DNA of 63,858 nt, filler included, from Reticulomyxa filosa (lineage: Eukaryota > Protista > Foraminifera), in NCBI GenBank assembly GCA_000512085.1. It is 12 parts of 12 records of this genome, joined end to end, with 100 filler letters (N's around TTAATTAATTAA, not from the genome) between each part and the next. Parts side by side here need not be neighbours in the genome. Positions count along the whole stretch, not along the records: positions 61,708 to 63,858 come from ASPP01020190.1; 11 more parts are not named here. The stretch is one strand, 5' to 3'. The notes below the pieces were generated by a model. That model was given only the letters and a program-made list of their open reading frames with translations. It did not search any database and was not told the DNA's origin. The position numbers and the translations under genes were made by a program. Each line of letters starts with the position of its first letter. Within the stretch, counting starts at the first letter, position 1. Positions 61,755 through 63,858 of the stretch are shown here, piece after piece.

Positions 61755-63818
61755 GAACTCTCGTCCCGCTCTTGCAGTTCGACCGACTCGATTGAAATGG
61801 ATATCAACACTCTTTGCAAAGTCTAATTGGATGACACATTGGACAATATTTTGGAAATCCATGCCTCGACTCATCACGTCAGTGGTGACCAAAATGGGGA
61901 CCGACTTGTCCAAGAACATTTTCAAGAGTGAGTGCACTTGGATCTGTGGGGTGCTGTCATCGATGACGACGTTGGGAATGCTATAAAAGTTTAAAAACGC
62001 ATGGCATTGTTTCGCACCAGCAGCAGTGTTTAAGAATATTACCGTGGGAGGGATCTTTGGCAGTTTCTGTGAGGAGTTCTCGTTGCTTTGATTCAAATAA
62101 CTAAGTATATGTATATATGTATATATGGTATGTATAGGATGTATTTTTGCATAAATAACAAATGATATAATATATATATATATATATATATATACCGTTT
62201 GATTTGGGCAGGATGCCTGCGCAAATATCGCAGCAAAAGCTCTTGCTTTTCCTCGTTGTCGCGAACATAAAGCCAGACTTGATTCAAGTTGGGCGAGTAG
62301 CGATGCTGCATGGGCGTGACGACCCAGATGGCATGTTGGAAGAGCTTCATGAGAGCCTCGGGCAGGCGCGTTTTGCGCTGGAATTTGCTGCGAATGCCGC
62401 GAAGTCCGAGGAACACTTTGACGCGCTTGTTCGCGAGAGTGGAGCCAGCAAAGATGTATTTGCACACGTGTTGAAAAGGTCCGCCAAAGATGCTGTCCTT
62501 CGAATCGGCCACCATTTTGTCTTTGTGAAATCGTCGCATTTGAGAAAATATTGGTTGAATATGTTGGTAGTATCCATTGCGATATGTCTGCAAATTATTA
62601 TAAAAATATGTATATATATATATATATATATAAATATATATATATGTATATTTGTCTTTTAACCAACATGGTATCAGCTTCATCGAAAACAATATGTGTG
62701 CAACGCAACAGGAACTTGGTATTAAAGACAGGCTGAAGCAATTGCGGTGTGACGATCAATACTTCGGGTGCGCTTTGGTGATAGCGAAGAGGATCGAGAC
62801 AGTACATGTCGGGAGGAGGATGTCGATCTGTCCAGCACTCGACGCGGACGCCAAAGGTCTTGGTAACAAGTGAAGCCAGCACGCTGCGCACTTGAGCGCA
62901 CAGCTCGGTGGTGGGTTCGATGATAATGACTTTGGGATAATACAAAAACGGACGTTTGTCCATGTGCACATAGATTTCATCAGCGACACGACATTTATCT
63001 TTCTTATTGCTATTGTTATTGTTATTGTTATTGTTATTGTTATTACCAGCCGTGATTGAACGAGGGACAATGACTCCCAAATGACGATACTGTTCGACCA
63101 GGTCGTCGACGATTGGTATGACAAAGGCAAGCGTCTTGCCCGACCCCGTCTCTGCGCCGAGCACAAACACACGGCCTTGGTGGTGACAGCCATGATATGC
63201 GCGGATGAATTGGTATTGCGCGACCGATGGACACGTCAGCGTCATTTCTGTTAGTCTGCTTTCCACCAAATCGCTCACGCCAATGTCGCCAAACTTGGCC
63301 TCGCCTTGCTTCGCAAAGAAATGTGATCGACGATTGCTATCGCTTGTGACTTTGTTTTTGTTTTCATCTTTTTTAATTTCTTTATATTTTTCTTTTTCTT
63401 TTTCTTTTTCTTTTTCTTTTTCTTTTTCTTTATCTTTATATTGGATCACATTCTTTTTATTGCTTTTCTCATGTAATGGACTTGCTTGTATTGTTGGCAT
63501 CGATGCAGACGCTGCGGACACGTGGTTGATTAAACGTGTCAATGTGTCTTGTCGCTTCTTTTTTCTCCTTGCTTCTTGCATTTCTTTCCTTTTCCATGTC
63601 TCGTCCAATCCTCTTACCACCACGCCTTTCCATTGCTTTTCACTCAACTCACGTCGTGGCTTCGTTGCGTCAAATGCAAATCCTGGATCTTCTCTTCGCT
63701 TCCATGCCACTTGCGTGCTCTCCTTCTTCTTCGTCTTTTTGTATGATGTCATTTTGGGAAATATGTTTTCTGTTTCAACCGTTTTATCCAACCACCCCAC
63801 CCACCCCAAAAAAAAAGT
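61755..63818 (-). CDS. DEAD-box RNA helicase, DDX28/MRH4/RH22-like; ends uncertain
   Basis: Q-motif PSVAQ, GAETGSGKT, PTTELCAQ, TP, FDEADTML, GST (motif III), TDVMSRGMD, NRVGRTARAG. Confidence 0.9.
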
Positions 63819-63858
63819 CTAAGTTTTTTTTTTTTTATTTTTTACTTAATACTGTGCT

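Noticed and set aside
1-63858. Caspase, Kelch and RNF213-like genes as one physical defence island
   Set aside because: They lie on different contigs joined by artificial spacers; only within-contig linkage (e.g. 38158-47363) is supported.
1-63858. tRNA, rRNA or CRISPR arrays
   Set aside because: None recognised by eye; a covariance-model scan would be needed to exclude small ncRNAs.

Overview
AT-rich, intron-containing eukaryotic (protist) DNA. It is not one continuous locus: 12 contigs are joined by 11 artificial 100-nt spacers (N44-TTAATTAATTAA-N44), so adjacency across spacers is unproven. The expanded Kelch, WD40 and caspase-like families, many decayed paralogues and homopolymer-type frameshifts suggest the foraminiferan Reticulomyxa filosa or a relative (inference). 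Recognisable genes: JmjC oxygenase, OLA1/YchF, PX-domain AGC kinase, GH20 beta-hexosaminidase, auxilin-type J-protein with a BAR-like N-terminus, TPR protein, TMEM87/GOST protein, G-alpha, biotin carboxylase (PCCA-like), TH1/PH-like protein, DEAD-box helicase, and a dead non-LTR retrotransposon (RT + RNase H). Main hunt results: (1) a modular Kelch family whose propeller is joined to different C-terminal modules, either a ~36-aa helical 'W-x-R...GWI-x-x-F' box on its own exon (alone or followed by WD40) or apparently a PB1-like plus caspase-like protease; (2) an RNF213/mysterin-like C-terminal half with no visible RING and an RZ finger lacking its catalytic Cys; (3) introns with A-tracts at the 3' splice site and self-complementary T/A tracts; (4) a three-copy dispersed element with a conserved CTAC-N7-GTAG dyad. 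All family assignments are by-eye motif recognition; no searches were run.
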